From NCBI RefSeq assembly GCF_032062105.1, contig NW_026930315.1, positions 310,001-374,000 of the forward strand: a stretch of 64,000 nucleotides of DNA, written 5' to 3'. The first letter of the stretch is position 1. Every line of letters starts with the position of its first letter. The translations under genes were made by a program, and so were the position numbers. Positions 62,962 through 64,000 of the stretch are shown here, one piece after another. The notes beneath the pieces are model-generated. The model saw only the letters and a program-made list of their open reading frames with translations. It was not told where the DNA came from and made no database searches. The stretch is from Saccostrea cucullata. Taxonomy: Eukaryota.

Positions 62962-64000
62962 AGAGAGATGGCAGCACTACCATTCAGATCTCAAACTCAA
63001 AGTATGTTATGTATTCAAAGCGATGCTGAAAAGTTGAACAATTATAGTGGAAATGACAATCTAACAGAAGTATCAGAAATGCATAACAATGTACACGTAA
63101 GTGCAGAGCCGCATATACATGTTAATGGAGAGCCGCATGAAAGTTACATCAGTGGAAAAGATTCGTCTCATTCAGATCATTTTCAGAAAGAATTTATGAA
63201 ACAAAATGGTAAATTTTATAAATGTTCTGTGTGTGAAAAGACATTCCTTCGACCTAGTTCCCTGCAAGCGCACATGAGAGTCCACACTGGTGAAAAACTT
63301 TATGAATGTGTTGAATGTAAAAAGACATTCAGTGGAAATCAATACTTAAGGGTACATATGAGAGTACATACTAATTCTAGAAAATGTGATGTGTGTGAGA
63401 AGACATTCAGCAGACCTTATAACTTACAGGCTCATATGAGGATACATTCAGGTGAAAAACCTCATGAATGTGAGGTATGCGGAAAAGCGTTCGCTGTATC
63501 AAAATACCTACGGAGACACATGAGTAAACATACTGATGAGAAACCTTATAAATGTAATCTGTGTGAGAAGGCATTCAAACAATCTATTACTTTACAGGAA
63601 CACATGAGGACACATACTGGTGATAAACCTCATAAATGCCACGTGTGTGGGAAGGCATTCTCTTTATCTGGATCATTTAGGCATCACATGAGGACACATA
63701 CCGGTGAAAAACTTTACAAATGCGACGTGTGTGGGAAGCCATTTTCTGACTCCTGTAACTTACAGAAGCACATAGAGACACATAGTGTCCTGAGAAATGA
63801 GAAGCTTTATGAATGCAATTTGTGTTTAAGATTATATTCTGATTTGAGTTCTTTACAGCAACACATAAAGATACATACTGATAATAAACCTTACCAATGT
63901 GATCTGTGTGAAAGAGCATATTTGAAAAAATCGAATTTGGATATTCATATGAGGAAACACACCGGAGAAAAGCCTTATAAATGTGATGTGTGTGGAACAG
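62962..64000 (+). CDS. Zinc-finger exon b (9 complete fingers, continues past the window); candidate alternative terminal exon of gene C
   Basis: tttacag acceptor, phase 0; manual translation REMAALPFRS..AEKLNNYSGNDN.. stays open to the window end; absent from the ORF track because there is no stop. Confidence 0.88.

Overview
AT-rich animal genomic DNA. The repeat content (Helentron-associated ~166-bp satellite elements, a tRNA-head SINE, CR1 and DIRS elements) points to a bivalve mollusc, probably an oyster; this is inferred, not proven. The window holds a tandem, same-strand cluster of C2H2 zinc-finger (ZF) genes. Three of them (A, B, C) can be rebuilt from the sequence with phase-consistent GT-AG splicing: a putative non-coding exon 1, a short exon 2 (MMS..HVPCxEYPLSDEE..T), a short acidic exon 3 (EKEETVxNSHP..NIK), then one large ZF exon. 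This resembles the exon layout of KRAB-ZFP genes, but I do not recognise the N-terminal module. Gene C has two intact ZF exons behind one N-terminal cassette, so they are candidate alternative terminal exons. In gene B the 3' end of exon 2 plus its splice donor is amplified into about 29 tandem 58-bp units, interrupted by two hAT MITEs and a DNA copy of the gene's own exon 1. The two closest ZF paralogues differ repeatedly at base-contacting helix residues. Introns and spacers are packed with nested transposons, including a 5'-truncated CR1-type LINE and a truncated DIRS element with open ORFs, a MULE-like element and many MITEs. All exon calls come from sequence inspection only; there is no transcript evidence.
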